NCBI RefSeq assembly: GCF_006345805.1
Contig: NC_043001.1
Span: 17,546,001 to 17,610,000 of the forward strand
Direction: 5' to 3'
Length of the DNA: 64,000 bases
Source: Octopus sinensis
Taxonomy: Eukaryota
Below, piece by piece: positions 61,340 to 64,000 of the stretch. How positions within the stretch are numbered: the first letter of the stretch is position 1; every line of letters starts with the position of its first letter. Under the pieces are notes generated by a model, which saw nothing but the letters and a program-made list of their open reading frames with translations, was not told the DNA's origin and ran no database searches. A program made the position numbers and the translations under genes.

Positions 61340-62032
61340 CTCACCGAATGAGACCATATCTACAATTCATTAAAGAAACATGAAGTGAATGGTGACGAGA
61401 GACAGAAAATGAATTGTCTATAATAATTGTAAAGTGTTAACGATCATTGAGGAAGAGCTGCAAACCAGCACAAACAACCTCCAGAGCAGGACTTCATCCA
61501 AAGAAGGTTACACTTTCAATTTTGTTGAATTCGAAGGGAGTTGTCTTTTTACAAGTTTGTACCTACAGACAAGTCCATCAATTCAGGAGTGTATTGTGAC
61601 CAGCAGGACAAAGTAAATGCAGTGATCCACCAAAAGCATCCAGCATTTACTAATTGTAAGGGCACTGTCTTTCATTACAACAATAGCAGAACACACATGT
61701 CTTTGCAGAAGTGGCAAAAGTTACTGGGACTTGACTGAAAAGCTTTGGAGCACCCTCCATATTCACCGAATCTTGCATCTTCAGATTTCAGCCCATTTTG
61801 GTCCCTTCAAAATTCATTGAATGAACAGACTCTCAACTCTGAAGAGAACGTAAGAATCCAACTGCATGAGTTTTTCACCAGTAAAGACAGGACATTTTTT
61901 AAACATAAAATAATGGATCTGCCTCAAATATGGCAGAAGATACTGGAACAAAACAGTAATTATATCATTGATAGGATAAATCACTTTGTGTTTTATTTTG
62001 ACCTAATAAACTGAACAAAAGTTTTGGCCATC
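61340..62032 (+). mobile_element. Degenerate mariner transposase (DD34D region)
   Basis: Remnants VNGDE, INSGVYCDQ, VFHYNNSRTH and EHPPYSPNLASSDF across frames, with stops. Confidence 0.8.
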
Positions 62033-64000
62033 CTCGTGTGTACATCATCAGTATCATCATTATCGTCGTTTAACGTCCACTTTCCATGCTGGCATCGGTT
62101 GGACAGTTGACTGGGGCTGGAAATCCAGAAGGCTGTACTAGCCTCCAATCCAATCGGGCAAAGTTTCTACAACTGGATGCCCTTCCAAATGCCAACCACT
62201 TCAAGAGTGTATTGAGTGCCATACATACACACACACACACACAAATATATATATATATATTACAGAGATGTACTTGCATAACAAGTGACCTAATCTGAGA
62301 TCATGTGCTGGAACGAAAACAATTGCAGCGTGGAAGGTGTTTATAAACCATTTAAGAAACACACAAAAACCATTAGATTCACTTCAACATTTAAATTTAA
62401 TTTACCAAAATATTTTTGTCGCTTTGAGACTGCGACCTCTTCACTAACAAAATTCTGTGCTGAAACCCTGGCTTGTCAGAACTCAGTCAAACTGTCCAGC
62501 CAATGCCAGCATGGAAAGTGGACATTAAACGATGGTAGTTTCATCTACCAAATCCACTCACAAGGGTTTGGTCAGCCTGAGGATATAATGGAAAATACTT
62601 GTCCAAAGTGCTATGCAATGGGACTGAACTCAGAACCATGTGGTTGAGAAGCAAGCTTCTTACCACACAACCACACCTGTATATATATATCTCATCATCA
62701 TCATCATTTAACGTCCGTTTTCCATGCTAGCATGGGTTGAACGGTTCAATTGGGGTCTGGGAAGCCCAAAGGCTGCACCAGACCCAGTCTGATCTGGCAG
62801 TGTTTCTACAGCTGGATGCCCTTCCTAACGCCAACCACTCCGTGAGTGTAGTGGGTGCTTTTTACGTGCCACCTGCACAGGTGCCAGACGAGGCTGGCAA
62901 TGGCCACAATCGGATGGTGCATTTTACGTGCCACCGGCACGGAGGCCAGTCGGGGCGGTGCTGGCAAACGCCACATTCGGATGGTTCTCTTATGTGCCAT
63001 CGGCACTGGTATCACAGCTACAATTTCCATTGATGTTATGTCTAGTTTTCATAAGTTTTGAATTAAAATCTTCCACCAAACCTTAGTCACCATTTATGTT
63101 CCTAACACTAGCTGAATGATAGGTTATCTTACTAAATTCTTTATTATAGACGCAGGAATGACTGTGTGGTAAGTAGCTTGCTTACAAAGCACATGGTTCT
63201 CGGTTCAGTCCCACCGCTAGGCACCTTGGGCAAGTGTCTTCTACTATAGCCTCGGGCTGACCAAAGCCTTGTGAGAAGATTTGGTAGACGGAAACTGAAA
63301 AGAAGCCCGTCGTATATATATATATATATTTATTTAAAGGTGGGTACATTTTTGACTGAGAAGGAATATATTTTTTACAAATGCTTGCTACCTTACAAAA
63401 CCTATATCAGCAAAGCAAACGACCTTTACTAAATCCAATAAAAACATTATAACGTAATCTCAATGCTATTTCAGAAAACTATCTCTGTTCTCCTTGATAT
63501 AAAAGACAAATTTAGGTGGGGTAAAATGAGTAATCCAAGCTAAGGTAAATTTACCTTTCCAATTCTCCAGAATTACATCTAAAAAAAAGACTCAAGATAT
63601 CCTTAGACATAAGGAAAATCAACAAAAATTAAAAATATTAGGTGAAATGAAAGAGAATAGGGAAAGCAGTATACAATAGGCGCAGGAGTGACTGTGTGGA
63701 AAGTAGCTTGCTTCCCAACCACATGGTTCTGGGTTCATTACCACTGCGTGGAACCTTGGGAAAGTGTCTTCTACTATAGCCTTGGGCCAACCAAAGCCTT
63801 GTGAGTGGATTTGGTAGATGGTAACTGAAGGAAGCCCATCGTATATATGTATATATGTATGTATGTATGTGTGTACATGTTTGTGTGTCTGTGTTTGTTT
63901 CCCCCAACATCGCTTGACAACCGATGGTGGTGTGTTTACGTCCCTGTAACTTAGCGGTTCAGCAAAAGAAACCGATAGCATAAGTACTAGGCTTACAGAG

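Noticed and set aside
60000-64000. CTBS first coding exon or promoter
   Set aside because: No signal-peptide/CPC-type exon with a suitable donor was found by eye; it probably lies beyond the window, so none is claimed.

Overview
This is AT-rich, repeat-dense eukaryotic genomic DNA, most likely from an octopus (inferred from the repeat and microsatellite landscape, not from a database search). Two intron-rich genes face each other tail to tail. On the + strand is PDHX (pyruvate dehydrogenase E3-binding protein): 12 coding exons between 2709 and 29172, about 593 aa visible, 5' end upstream of the window. It has two tandem lipoyl domains, an E3-binding domain, a catalytically dead acyltransferase core (YDRRAV) and an unusual 56-aa C-terminal extension. 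On the - strand is CTBS (di-N-acetylchitobiase, GH18): 6 coding exons between 59884 and 39097, 327 aa visible, first exon not found in the window. All splice junctions were checked by hand for GT-AG and reading-frame continuity. Introns and the roughly 10-kb intergenic gap are filled with tRNA-derived SINE families, RTE and CR1 LINE relics, mariner/Tc1/pogo/piggyBac-like non-autonomous elements, non-autonomous Helitrons, a 1-kb solo LTR, a Gypsy integrase scrap, a U6 retrocopy and microsatellites. There are also many long fold-back palindromes, several carrying degenerate hammerhead-ribozyme-like cores reminiscent of Penelope-like element ends. No prokaryotic system or CRISPR array is present. 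The most interesting signals are the PDHX domain architecture and the retroelement and fold-back structures.
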